Below, piece by piece: positions 40,699 through 51,370 of a stretch of 64,000 nucleotides of DNA. The notes under the pieces were generated by a model, which saw nothing but the letters and a program-made list of their open reading frames with translations, had not been told where the DNA came from and ran no database searches. Within the stretch, counting starts at the first letter, position 1. Each line of letters opens with the position of its first letter. A program made the position numbers and the translations under genes. This DNA comes from Alphaproteobacteria bacterium (GTDB lineage Bacteria > Pseudomonadota > Alphaproteobacteria > GCA-2746255). The stretch is taken from contig OZ252220.1 in NCBI GenBank assembly GCA_965249135.1, positions 1,248,001 through 1,312,000 on the forward strand, read 5' to 3'.

Positions 40699-42351
40699 TT
40701 ACATGTTCGGGTAGTTCGGGCCGCCGCCGCCCTCCGGCACCACCCAGTCGATGTTCTGGGTCGGATCCTTGATGTCGCAGGTCTTACAATGCACGCAGTT
40801 TTGGGCATTGATCTGCAGCCTCGGATTCTGGCCGTCGTCGTCGCGCAGGATCTCGAAGACGCCGGCCGGGCAGTAGCGCTGCTCCGGCGCATCGAAGCGC
40901 TTCAAATTAACGTCGATCGCCACCTTCGGGTCCTTCAACACGAGATGAACCGGCTGGTTCTCTTCGTGGTTCGTATTCGAAAGGAAGACCGACGACATCC
41001 TGTCGAAGGTGACCACGCCATCGGGCTTTGGATAGTCGATGGCGCGCGCCTCGTCTTTCGTGGCCAGCCTTTCATGATCGGCATGGCCGTGGCGAAGCGT
41101 CCAAGGCGCACGTCCCCGGAAAAGAATCTGATCGATGCCAGTATAAAGGGTGCCCAACCACAAGCCCCATTGAAAAGAAGGCCGCACGTTGCGCGCCTGG
41201 TAAAGTTCGTCATAGACCCATGCGTTCTTGAAGTTCTTCGCGTAGGCTTCCAATTCGTCCCCGCCTTGCCGGCCTTCACAAAGTGCTGCGAAGGCCGCTT
41301 CGGCCGCCAGCATCCCGGACTTCATCGCCGTGTGCGTGCCTTTGATCTTCGGCATGTTCAACGTGCCGGCCTCGCAGCCGATGAGCGCGCCGCCCGGAAA
41401 GGTAAGCTTCGGCAACGATTGCAGGCCGCCTTCGTTCATGGCACGCGCACCATAGGAGATGCGTTTTCCCCCTTCGAAGATGGGGCGGATTTTCGGATGC
41501 AGCTTGAAACGCTGAAATTCGTCATAGGGGCTTAGGTACGGGTTCGTGTAATCGAGACCGACGACGAACCCGACCGCGACCTGACAATCCTCGAGATGAT
41601 AGAGGAACGAACCGCCATAGGTCGCATTATCCAGCGGCCAGCCCGCCGTATGAATGACGCGGCCCGACCGGTGCTTTTCCGGCGCCACCTCCCAAAGCTC
41701 CTTGATGCCGATGCCATAGGTCTGTTCCTCGCTCTCCTCGCGTAAATGAAAACGCCGGATCAGGTCCTTGCCCAGGCTTCCCCGGCAGCCCTCGGCGAAG
41801 AAGGTGTATTTCGCATGGAGCTCGATCCCTGCCTGGTAGGTGGCAAGCTTCCCGCCGTCCCGCCCGACGCCTAAATCGCCGGTGGCTATGCCCTTGACAC
41901 TGCCGTCCGCATTCGTGAGGAGCTGGGCTGCGGCAAAGCCCGGGTAAATCTCGACGCCCAGCGCCTCGGCCTGGCTTGCTAGCCAGCGGCAGAGATTGCC
42001 AAGGCTGATGATGTAGTTGCCGCGATTGTGCATGGCCGGCGGCAAGAACAAGGTGGGGAAGGCAAAGCCGCCCGAGCGGGTAAGAAAGAGGAATTTTTCC
42101 GAGCGAACCGGGGTTCGGACCGGTGCTTCCCTTTCCTTCCAGTCGGGAAGAAGTTCATCGAGCGCGCGCGTATCCAGCACCGCACCGGAAAGAATATGGG
42201 CGCCGATTTCCGAGCCCTTCTCGACAACGCAGACGCTGAAATCCTTGCCCGCTTCTTCGCAGAGTTGCTTCACGCGAATCGCCGCCGCAAGGCCGGCCGG
42301 CCCGGCACCGACGATGACGACGTCGTAGGTCATCGATTCGCGTTCGCTCAA
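40699..42351 (-). CDS. electron transfer flavoprotein-ubiquinone oxidoreductase
   Basis: GAGPAG, HILSGA, KIKGTHTAM, YCPAGVFE, NCVHCKTCDIKDP. Confidence 0.95.
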   Translation of the reverse strand: MSERESMTYDVVIVGAGPAGLAAAIRVKQLCEEAGKDFSVCVVEKGSEIGAHILSGAVLDTRALDELLPDWKEREAPVRTPVRSEKFLFLTRSGGFAFPTLFLPPAMHNRGNYIISLGNLCRWLASQAEALGVEIYPGFAAAQLLTNADGSVKGIATGDLGVGRDGGKLATYQAGIELHAKYTFFAEGCRGSLGKDLIRRFHLREESEEQTYGIGIKELWEVAPEKHRSGRVIHTAGWPLDNATYGGSFLYHLEDCQVAVGFVVGLDYTNPYLSPYDEFQRFKLHPKIRPIFEGGKRISYGARAMNEGGLQSLPKLTFPGGALIGCEAGTLNMPKIKGTHTAMKSGMLAAEAAFAALCEGRQGGDELEAYAKNFKNAWVYDELYQARNVRPSFQWGLWLGTLYTGIDQILFRGRAPWTLRHGHADHERLATKDEARAIDYPKPDGVVTFDRMSSVFLSNTNHEENQPVHLVLKDPKVAIDVNLKRFDAPEQRYCPAGVFEILRDDDGQNPRLQINAQNCVHCKTCDIKDPTQNIDWVVPEGGGGPNYPNM

Positions 42352-42446
42352 ATGCCTCTCCTTATCCCTTCGCGAGGGCCCAAGTGAAACAGGACGTTAA
42401 GTCTAACATGATGCGCGCATTCGGGGTGCGTGCTAGGCTTTGATTC

Positions 42447-43262
42447 ATGGAAACCACGGAGGCTCCGCTTTTCCAGCTTCGTTGGCAGATCGCCATCGGT
42501 GCCGATGAGGCGATCGGCGAGACGCCGCGAAACCGTTACCAGGAAAACGCCCAGGGAACCGTCATGGGCAATCCGCCTCTCTCAGGCCCAGAGCTGCCGC
42601 TTGCCCCCGAAGGGACTGCGCGCAAACCTTCCCGTCCCGCGCCGCGCCCGACATTGCCCGAGACGGGGAGCGCACACAGCCTTGCGGACGCGGCAAAGAA
42701 TCTGGACGAGCTTCGGGAGGCCCTGCTCCTTTACGAGGGCTGCCCGTTGAAGGCGGCGGCGAATCTCGTCTTCGCGGACGGCAATCCTGAAGCCCGCGTG
42801 ATGCTGATCGGCGAGGCACCGGGTGCCGAAGAAGACCGCCAGGGCCTTCCCTTCGTGGGCCCAAGCGGAAAGCTGCTCGACCGGATGCTGGCGGCGATCG
42901 GGTTGGACCGGAGTTCTGTTTACATCACGAACGTTCTTTTCTGGCGGCCGCCCGGCAACCGGCAGCCGACACCTGCAGAAATTTCGTCCTGCCTTCCTTT
43001 CGTCGGACGCCACATCGAACTCGTGGATCCGGAGATCCTCGTTTTACTGGGGGGTGCGGCGGCAAAGACGCTGATGGCACGCAACGAAGGGATCATGAAG
43101 CTCAGGGGGAAATGGTTCGAATATGAAAGCCGGGGAATGAGCCGACCCTGCCCGGCCATCGCCACCTTTCACCCCGCCTATCTTCTGCGATCGCCGATTC
43201 AAAAGCGCGCCGTCTGGGCCGATTGCCTGACGATCCAGACGAAACTGCAGGAAGGGCGTTAG
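42447..43262 (+). CDS. family-4 uracil-DNA glycosylase
   Basis: IGEAPG, PFVGPSG, WRPPGNR, TFHPAYLLR. Confidence 0.92.
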   Translation: METTEAPLFQLRWQIAIGADEAIGETPRNRYQENAQGTVMGNPPLSGPELPLAPEGTARKPSRPAPRPTLPETGSAHSLADAAKNLDELREALLLYEGCPLKAAANLVFADGNPEARVMLIGEAPGAEEDRQGLPFVGPSGKLLDRMLAAIGLDRSSVYITNVLFWRPPGNRQPTPAEISSCLPFVGRHIELVDPEILVLLGGAAAKTLMARNEGIMKLRGKWFEYESRGMSRPCPAIATFHPAYLLRSPIQKRAVWADCLTIQTKLQEGR

Positions 43263-43310
43263 GGCCCCTTGGCCTTGCCGAGCGTGCCCGATTCCGTTAA
43301 GGCAAGCCGC

Positions 43311-45146
43311 ATGTTCATGCGGCCGGCCACGCGTGGAGCTAATCTTGCGCGCGCTCCCCGTCTCGGCAAGCGCGGGATAGGAAGGGTTTTCCTTGCCCCT
43401 GTCCTTGTCCTTGTCCTCGGTGGCTTCTTAGTCCCAGGGGGGAGTTTGCGCGCCGCCCCTTCCGATTCGGCCCAGGGCCCGGTGCCGGCGATCCTTTCGG
43501 AGAAGGATCGGCAACGCTACATAGAAATCTTCGCCCTGCAGGAAACGGGAGAATGGATCGCCGCCGACCGGCAGATAGGTAAGCTCGAAAACCGGATCCT
43601 GGTCGGCCATCTCCTTGCCCAACGCTATCTCCATCCGACGGCGTATCGCTCGAAGTTCGATGAACTTCGCCGTTGGCTTAAAGTTTACGCGGACCACCCG
43701 GACGCCGGGCGCATCTATCGCCTGGCACTTCGCCGAAAGCCGAGAAATGCGCGCAACCCGAAGCGACCCGTCGGCACCTACATCACCGGTCTGGAGAAGA
43801 TGGCCAAGATGGAGGGGGCGGCACCGGCACGTTCGGCAAAGGCTGAGCGCGAGGCGCGCAAATTGCGCGTCCGGGTGCGCTACCGGCTTCGCAAGGGCTA
43901 TACGCAACGCGCGGAAAGCGCGCTTACCGACAAGAACGCGAACCGCTATCTGGATGCGTTAAGCTACGATGCGCTGCAGGCCGATGTTGCCGCCGGCTAT
44001 CTCAGCAAAGGCAAGATCGAGACGGCTTACGCGCTGTCGCTCAAGAGCATCGAACGTTCGGGTTTGGGCGTTCCGAATGCCTATTGGGTGGCGGGAAGGG
44101 CCGCCTGGCGGATGCGGCATTTCGACGCGGCGGGCGAGCATTTCCGCGCGCTTGCTTCGATCAAGGACATCTCTGCGGATCTGACGACGGCGGCCGCCTA
44201 TTGGGCGGCGCGCAACGAGCTCATCCACCGCCGGCCGCAAAACGTCACCCGCTGGCTCAACGCGGCCGCCGAGCATCCGCAAACCTTCTATGGCATCCTC
44301 GCGCGCCGCGCGCTGGGCTTGCGAAACGGGTACGCGTGGGAGGCGCCGCGGCTCACCCGGGAAGACGTGGGCCGCATCGAGGCAATGACGCGCGGGGTGC
44401 GGGCGCTTGGCCTGCTGGAAGTCGGCCAACGCTACCGGGCGGAGCGCGAGCTGCGTGCGGTTGCCGCCGAGCCGGAACTCACCCGCCCGGTGCTGGCGCT
44501 TGCCACACATTTCAGCCTGCCTTCCCTTTCCGTCCGTCTGTCCGGCCTGCTAAGCTTTGGTGAAGGCCATCCCGGTGTCGCCTACCCGATCCCGCCCTGG
44601 ATCCCGGAGGAAGGCTATGCGGTCGACCGTGCGCTTCTCTACGCGATCATGCATCAGGAATCCGTTTTCAACGTCCGTGCGAAGAGCCCGGCCGGCGCCC
44701 GAGGTCTCATGCAGTTGCTGCCCAGGACCGCCAATCTGATGGTGCGCGGCAGGCCCTTCTCGGGCGTGCGCCGCGACCGATTGTTCCAACCGGAACTGAA
44801 CCTTGCGATCGGCCAGAAGTTCGTGCTCCACCTTCTTAACAACGAGCAGACTCAAGGCAATTTGTTCCTGCTGACGGCCGCTTACAATGCGGGCCTTCGC
44901 CGTGTCACGGGATGGCAACGCAAGGTCATGCCAAAAGACGATGACGCGCTTCTTTTCATCGAAAGCCTCCCCTCAAAGGAAACGCGGATTTTCGTGAAGC
45001 GCGTCTTTCGGAATCTCTGGATCTATCGCGAGCGGTTGGGCCAGGAGACACCATCGATTGAGGCGATCCTCGGTGGCGAATGGCCGGTCTATATCGCCCT
45101 TGATGGCGCGGAGAAGGATCCACAGGTGGCCGAGCATGGCGATTGA
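43311..45146 (+). CDS. soluble lytic transglycosylase (SLT domain)
   Basis: QESVFN, GARGLMQL, AAYNAG, FIESLP, ETR. Confidence 0.9.
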   Translation: MFMRPATRGANLARAPRLGKRGIGRVFLAPVLVLVLGGFLVPGGSLRAAPSDSAQGPVPAILSEKDRQRYIEIFALQETGEWIAADRQIGKLENRILVGHLLAQRYLHPTAYRSKFDELRRWLKVYADHPDAGRIYRLALRRKPRNARNPKRPVGTYITGLEKMAKMEGAAPARSAKAEREARKLRVRVRYRLRKGYTQRAESALTDKNANRYLDALSYDALQADVAAGYLSKGKIETAYALSLKSIERSGLGVPNAYWVAGRAAWRMRHFDAAGEHFRALASIKDISADLTTAAAYWAARNELIHRRPQNVTRWLNAAAEHPQTFYGILARRALGLRNGYAWEAPRLTREDVGRIEAMTRGVRALGLLEVGQRYRAERELRAVAAEPELTRPVLALATHFSLPSLSVRLSGLLSFGEGHPGVAYPIPPWIPEEGYAVDRALLYAIMHQESVFNVRAKSPAGARGLMQLLPRTANLMVRGRPFSGVRRDRLFQPELNLAIGQKFVLHLLNNEQTQGNLFLLTAAYNAGLRRVTGWQRKVMPKDDDALLFIESLPSKETRIFVKRVFRNLWIYRERLGQETPSIEAILGGEWPVYIALDGAEKDPQVAEHGD

Positions 45147-45663
45147 CGAATCGAAGCCGTTCATTCCCGTCAATGTCGCGGTGCTCACCATATCGGACAC
45201 ACGAAGCGAGGCGAACGACAAATCCGGGAACGTGCTTGTCAAGCGAATCACGGAAGCGGGCCATCGTCTGATTGGTCGCGCCATCGTTCCGGACGAGATG
45301 GAAGCGATCACCTTAAGGCTTCGCGCGTGGATCGCGGACGAGGAAGTGGATTGCGTCATCGCCACCGGCGGCACCGGCCTTACGGGACGCGACGTGACGC
45401 CGGAGGCTTTTCTTTCGGTTTACGAGAAAGAGATCGAGGGCTTCGGCGAACTCTTCCGCAATTTAAGTTATGAGAAGATCGGCACCTCGACCATCCAGTC
45501 GCGCGCCACGGGCGGGGTTGCGAACGGCACGTTCCTGTTCGCGCTTCCCGGCTCGCCGGGCGCCTGCATGGACTGTTGGGACGGCATCCTGCGCTTCCAG
45601 TTGGACTCGCGCTTCCGTCCCTGCAATTTCGTCGAGCTCATGCCGCGTCTTAAGGAGCGCTAG
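45136..45663 (+). CDS. moaB: molybdenum cofactor biosynthesis protein B
   Basis: LTISDTR, TGGTGLTGRDVTPEA, QSRA, LPGSPGAC. Confidence 0.93.
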   Translation: MAIDESKPFIPVNVAVLTISDTRSEANDKSGNVLVKRITEAGHRLIGRAIVPDEMEAITLRLRAWIADEEVDCVIATGGTGLTGRDVTPEAFLSVYEKEIEGFGELFRNLSYEKIGTSTIQSRATGGVANGTFLFALPGSPGACMDCWDGILRFQLDSRFRPCNFVELMPRLKER

Positions 45664-46310
45664 GTCTTTTCTTCCTTCCGCCGTTTCCGCCAGTGGCGAT
45701 AACCGGCCTCGTCATCGACGTCCTCACGCATCGCCACCCTTGCGACGCGTAAAGGGGTTTTCAGGTTGCCAAGCGTGTCGGAAAGGGCATGGACGGAGGA
45801 GAAGCGCACGCGCCTGAAGGGATGAAAGGGCCGGGTCAAGCGCCGGAAGCCTACCAGCCAATAGCCGCCATCCGGCGACGGGCCGAAGACGGCGTCGTGA
45901 TCGGTAAGCGCGCGGAAGGCATCCTGGATGTCGCCTATGGTGAGCTCCGGGATATCCGTCCCGATGAGGACGACCGGACCGGGGGGTAGACCTTGAAAGA
46001 CGCGGCCCATGCGCCGACCCAGATCGCTCGAGCCCTGCGGGATCACGCGCGCGGGGCCTGCTTGCGGCCAAGCGCGGCCAATGCCGCCGGCGCCATCGGG
46101 GGTAACCGCCAGCCAAAGGCGCCAGCGCGGATCCCGGTTCAATTTTTTAAGAAGGGCGGCCGTCGTGCTCAGGTGAAAGCGAAGGGCGGGCAGCGGACCG
46201 ATGGTGCGGGCGAGCCTTCGTTTCACCTGACCAAGCCGCGGGGCGCGCGCAAACAGAACGAGGTGGCGTTTAGGCCCGAGACGGCGTTTTCGTGTTCTGC
46301 TTCGTTTCAT
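45660..46310 (-). CDS. TIGR04282/DUF2064-type transferase
   Basis: FARAPRLGQVKRRLA, QGSSDLGRRM, IGTDIP, FGPSPDGGYWLVG, DVD. Confidence 0.8.
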   Translation of the reverse strand: MKRSRTRKRRLGPKRHLVLFARAPRLGQVKRRLARTIGPLPALRFHLSTTAALLKKLNRDPRWRLWLAVTPDGAGGIGRAWPQAGPARVIPQGSSDLGRRMGRVFQGLPPGPVVLIGTDIPELTIGDIQDAFRALTDHDAVFGPSPDGGYWLVGFRRLTRPFHPFRRVRFSSVHALSDTLGNLKTPLRVARVAMREDVDDEAGYRHWRKRRKEEKT

Positions 46311-47011
46311 CCGTAAATGCGTAAGAGGCGCTTCGGAGACACGCCAAGAAAGTAGAGGGTGAGACAGAAGAGGTTGCGCAACGGCCTTTGCCAATAGCCT
46401 TCCCTTTCGTAGCGCTCGGCAGAGGTGAGAAGGACTGCATCCAGAAAGGCGAGCCGCGATCTGCCAAGTCGGCGCACGATGTCGACGTCCTCCATGATCG
46501 GGATCGACGAAAAGCCGCCGATCACATCGTAAAGGGCGCGCGAAAGCAGCAGGCCCTGATCGCCATAGGGAAGGCCCAAGGCCCGGGTGCGCCAGGCGAC
46601 GAGCCGCTCGATCCGCCGCGCCGCCAGTTTCCGGCTGGCCAGCTGGAAATGGAAGATGGCCGCCATGTGATAGTTTTCGGGTACGGCCATGAAGGCTTGC
46701 GTCACTTCCGCCCAGGCCGGCTCGGGCTTGGTGTCGGCGTGAAGAAAGAACAGCCATTCGCCGCGGGCGATCCGTGCCCCTTCCCTTAACTGCGCACCCC
46801 GGTTGGGGAGAAGTGCTGTATCCCCGGTGACGACAGTGGCGCCGAAGCGCTTCGCCACTTTGAGCGTGTCATCGGAAGAGCCGCCATCGGCGACGATGCA
46901 TTCGCAGTCGAGGTTGCGGGTGGCGTCTGCGATCGCCGCCAAGGTCTTTTCCAGATGCGCGGCCGCATTCCGGGTGGGTAGCACGATGCTGAGCAAGGGA
47001 GGTTGCGGCAT
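46307..47011 (-). CDS. TIGR04283-type GT2 glycosyltransferase
   Basis: DGGSSDDT, RGAQL, FLHADT, PYGDQGL, IMEDV, TSAERY. Confidence 0.85.
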   Translation of the reverse strand: MPQPPLLSIVLPTRNAAAHLEKTLAAIADATRNLDCECIVADGGSSDDTLKVAKRFGATVVTGDTALLPNRGAQLREGARIARGEWLFFLHADTKPEPAWAEVTQAFMAVPENYHMAAIFHFQLASRKLAARRIERLVAWRTRALGLPYGDQGLLLSRALYDVIGGFSSIPIMEDVDIVRRLGRSRLAFLDAVLLTSAERYEREGYWQRPLRNLFCLTLYFLGVSPKRLLRIYG

Positions 47012-47126
47012 GGGACGGAGGCATGGGACGAATGGGCCGGATTTTCCGCCTGTTTAGCACAGAAGATGGGTTGGGACAGAAGACCGGCCCTGCCATGCGC
47101 CCTCTCCCGGCCGGGGCACGATAAAT

Positions 47127-47141
47127 GTTCTTGCTTTGTTC
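47127..47141 (+). promoter_or_regulatory. alphaproteobacterial LexA (SOS) box
   Basis: GTTC-TTGCTTT-GTTC (GTTC-N7-GTTC), 24 nt upstream of the radical SAM gene. Confidence 0.8.
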
Positions 47142-47165
47142 CAGTTTGGCCCCTAGCCTTCCCCC

Positions 47166-48242
47166 ATGGTTAACATTCTCCCCGATCGCCCCCGCAAGGG
47201 CCGCGGCGCCGTCAGCAACTTAACCGGCCGCTTCGAGACGGAGGAGCGCATGGCCGTGAGCGACGGCTGGACGGAGGCGGAGAGACCGGCGCTTCGCACC
47301 CATATCACCATCGATCGGACGCGTTCGATCATCACCCGCAACGCCTCTCCGGACATTCCCTTCGACCGCTCGATCAATCCCTATCGCGGCTGCGAGCATG
47401 GGTGCATTTACTGTTTCGCCCGTCCGACCCATGCCTATCTCGGGCTTTCGCCTGGACTCGATTTCGAAAGCCGCCTGTTTGCCAAACCGAATGCCCATGA
47501 GCTTCTCGAAGCGGAGTTGCGTAAATCCGGCTACCGCTGCGACGTGCTCGCCCTTGGCACAAACACGGACTGCTACCAGCCGATCGAACGGGAGTATAAA
47601 ATCACGCGAAAGGTACTCGAGACGCTGGCCGCCTTCGCCCACCCGGTGAGCCTGGTGACGAAGTCGACGCTGGTGCTGCGCGACCTCGACCTTTTGAGCG
47701 AGATGGCGAAACGGAATCTCGTCAAGGTGTTCATCACGGTGACCAGCTTGCGTGCGGAGATCACGCGCACGCTTGAACCCCGGGCCGCCCATCCGAAGCA
47801 CCGCATCGAGACCATCCGAAGACTTAGCCGGGCCAGCGTGCCGGTCGGCGTCATGGTCGCGCCGGTCATTCCTTTTCTCACCGATTCGGAAATGGAGGGG
47901 ATCCTGGAGGTGGCGGCGGCGGCGGGCGCGACGGAGGCCGGCACCGTCGCCCTTCGTCTGCCCCGTGAGGTGGCCCCGCTGTTCCGGGAATGGCTGCAGG
48001 CAAACGCGCCCGGAAAGGAGCGCCACGTGATGAGCCTCGTCCAAGGCATGCGCAGCGGCAAGGATTACGATTCCCGTTTCTTCGTTCGCGGCCGCGGCAC
48101 CGGACACTACGCGGACCTGCTTGGCAAGCGGTTTAAGCTTGCCTGCCGGCGACTTGGATTGAATGCGAAGGTCGCACCCTTGGATCGAAGCCAGTTCCGC
48201 GCCCCGCCGACCACGGGCGATCAGTTCGACCTCTTCCCGTAA
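47166..48242 (+). CDS. PA0069-family radical SAM protein (SplB-like)
   Basis: SINPYRGCEHGCIYCFARPTH, GTNTDCYQPIE. Confidence 0.9.
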   Translation: MVNILPDRPRKGRGAVSNLTGRFETEERMAVSDGWTEAERPALRTHITIDRTRSIITRNASPDIPFDRSINPYRGCEHGCIYCFARPTHAYLGLSPGLDFESRLFAKPNAHELLEAELRKSGYRCDVLALGTNTDCYQPIEREYKITRKVLETLAAFAHPVSLVTKSTLVLRDLDLLSEMAKRNLVKVFITVTSLRAEITRTLEPRAAHPKHRIETIRRLSRASVPVGVMVAPVIPFLTDSEMEGILEVAAAAGATEAGTVALRLPREVAPLFREWLQANAPGKERHVMSLVQGMRSGKDYDSRFFVRGRGTGHYADLLGKRFKLACRRLGLNAKVAPLDRSQFRAPPTTGDQFDLFP

Positions 48243-48904
48243 ACGCAATCCGTGTTAGGGTTTTGGCATAAGGGTCATGCCATATGCGAAAATCGTAAAG
48301 CGAAAATCGTGCCGGACTTCTCCCTTGAAATGGAAACACCAGGCCCGGTCGCCGGGATCGACGAGGTGGGCCGCGGGCCGCTTGCCGGACCCGTGCTTGC
48401 CGCCGCCGTCATCCTGGAGCGAGAAAACTTTCCGGACGAACTTCGCGGAGCGGTGCGGGATTCGAAGACGCTCTCCGCCAAGCGGCGGGAGGAGATTTTA
48501 AAGGCGCTGCTCCCCTTTGGTCGCATCGGCATCGGTGCTGCGAGCGTGCGGGAAATCGACCGTATCAACATCTTAAACGCGACGCTGTTGGCCATGGCCC
48601 GCGCCGTCCGGGCACTCGGGTCCGAGCCCGCGCTGGCGCTCGTCGATGGCAATCGGGCGCCCACGCTTGCCTGCCCGGTCCGCACCGTCGTCGGAGGCGA
48701 CGGGATCAGCCTTTCCATCGCGGCGGCCTCCATCGTCGCCAAGGTGACGCGGGATAAGCTGATGACGCAACTTGCCCGACGCCACCCGGAATATGGCTGG
48801 GAGCGGAACGCCGGCTATGGCACGGCGGCGCACCGGGAAGCCCTTTTTACCCACGGCGTCACCCCACATCATCGGCTTAGCTTCCGGCCGATCCCCCATA
48901 TCTT

Positions 48905-50084
<1,180 letters not shown>

Positions 50085-50230
50085 CCCACCACCCCTGGTT
50101 TCTAGAAATTGACGCCACCTTCCTTTCGCAATGCGGCGATTTCGGCCGGGTGCGGGGCGGTCCCCAGCCCCGAATCGGTCATGAAATACATGTTTTTCAA
50201 ATGCCTATTTGCTTATCCACAATTTAAATC

Positions 50231-50249
50231 TTAAATCTTTGTTAACCAT
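50231..50249 (+). promoter_or_regulatory. CtrA-binding box
   Basis: TTAA-ATCTTTG-TTAACCAT (TTAA-N7-TTAAC) in an AT-rich intergenic stretch. Confidence 0.7.
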
Positions 50250-50404
50250 TAACTCTTCTAATAATACCTCTCAAAGTTGAACGATTCGGTGATTGCTGAA
50301 CCTAATACGTGTGCATTAACACTTATGTCCTAGGGAAGCGGAGCGAAAACGCCAGGGGGGTATCGGCATTTCCTTAAGGACGACGGCCGGAAAGGAACCG
50401 AGCC

Positions 50405-51370
50405 ATGAGAAATGCAAGATCCACCCCCCTTGAACCGCGGCCGCCCACGGCGCACGCGCCTGCGAGACGACATCGCTGGCCGGCCGAGCCAAGACCTGCA
50501 ACCACAAAAGGGGAAACGGTCCCACCCTGGGTGAGCCGTGCAAGCAACGTGAAACAGAGCCCCTCGCCGCACATCCTCGTCGCCGACGACAACGAAGCGA
50601 CGCAGGACGTCATCCTGACCATCCTGCGCGTCGCCGGTTTCGATCCGGACGGCGTCGACGATGGCGAAGCCGCCATCGAGGCGGTCAAGAAAGAGGATTA
50701 CGACCTTGTCCTGATGGATGTCGAAATGCCGAAACTGAACGGCATCGACGCGACGAAAGCCATTCGGGCGTTGCCGAGCGCAAAAAGCAAGGTGCCCATC
50801 CTCGCCTTCAGCGGAAACATCACGCCGGACGATCGGGAACGCTTCTATCAGGCCGGCATGGACGGCTTTGCGACGAAACCCATCGCCGCGAACGAACTCG
50901 TCACCCTGATTGCGCGCTGGACCGACCCTGACCCCAAACCGCTATCCCCTGAGGCGAAGAAGGAAAGCGATCTGCCGCTCATCGAGCCGATGACGCTCGC
51001 CGATCTCGAGGCGGCGATCGGGATCGAATTGATCCTCAATCTCCTTGTGCTTTTCGATGAAAATGCCTGTCGCCGCGCGGACGGCAGTCGCACCGCGGTG
51101 GAGGAAGGCAACGCCACCAGGCTCGCCGAAAACGCCCATGACCTGAAAAGCGTTGCCGGCAATTGCGGGTTTACCCGGTTAAGCCGTCATGCGGCCGCCA
51201 TCGAGATGGCCTGCAAGGAGCACGCCCTCGATCGCGCGTTTGCGCTTGGCCGCGAGGTGGACGGGATGCTTGCCGAGTCGCGGGCGAGCCTGTTCGCCAC
51301 CTATCCCGACATCCGCACGAAGCGTGATGCGCTCGCGCAAGGCTCAGGGCCTGCGCGCCGAAGCAACTGA
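50405..51370 (+). CDS. receiver (REC) plus Hpt domain protein; real start may be a GTG at about 50531-50549
   Basis: ILVADD, LMDVEMP, KP; Hpt H-box AHDLKSVAGNCG. Confidence 0.85.
   Translation: MRNARSTPLEPRPPTAHAPARRHRWPAEPRPATTKGETVPPWVSRASNVKQSPSPHILVADDNEATQDVILTILRVAGFDPDGVDDGEAAIEAVKKEDYDLVLMDVEMPKLNGIDATKAIRALPSAKSKVPILAFSGNITPDDRERFYQAGMDGFATKPIAANELVTLIARWTDPDPKPLSPEAKKESDLPLIEPMTLADLEAAIGIELILNLLVLFDENACRRADGSRTAVEEGNATRLAENAHDLKSVAGNCGFTRLSRHAAAIEMACKEHALDRAFALGREVDGMLAESRASLFATYPDIRTKRDALAQGSGPARRSN

Noticed and set aside
45660-48242. Transferase pair plus radical SAM as an arsenosugar cluster
   Set aside because: The radical SAM protein is PA0069/SplB-like, divergently transcribed and preceded by a LexA box; it is not ArsS-like
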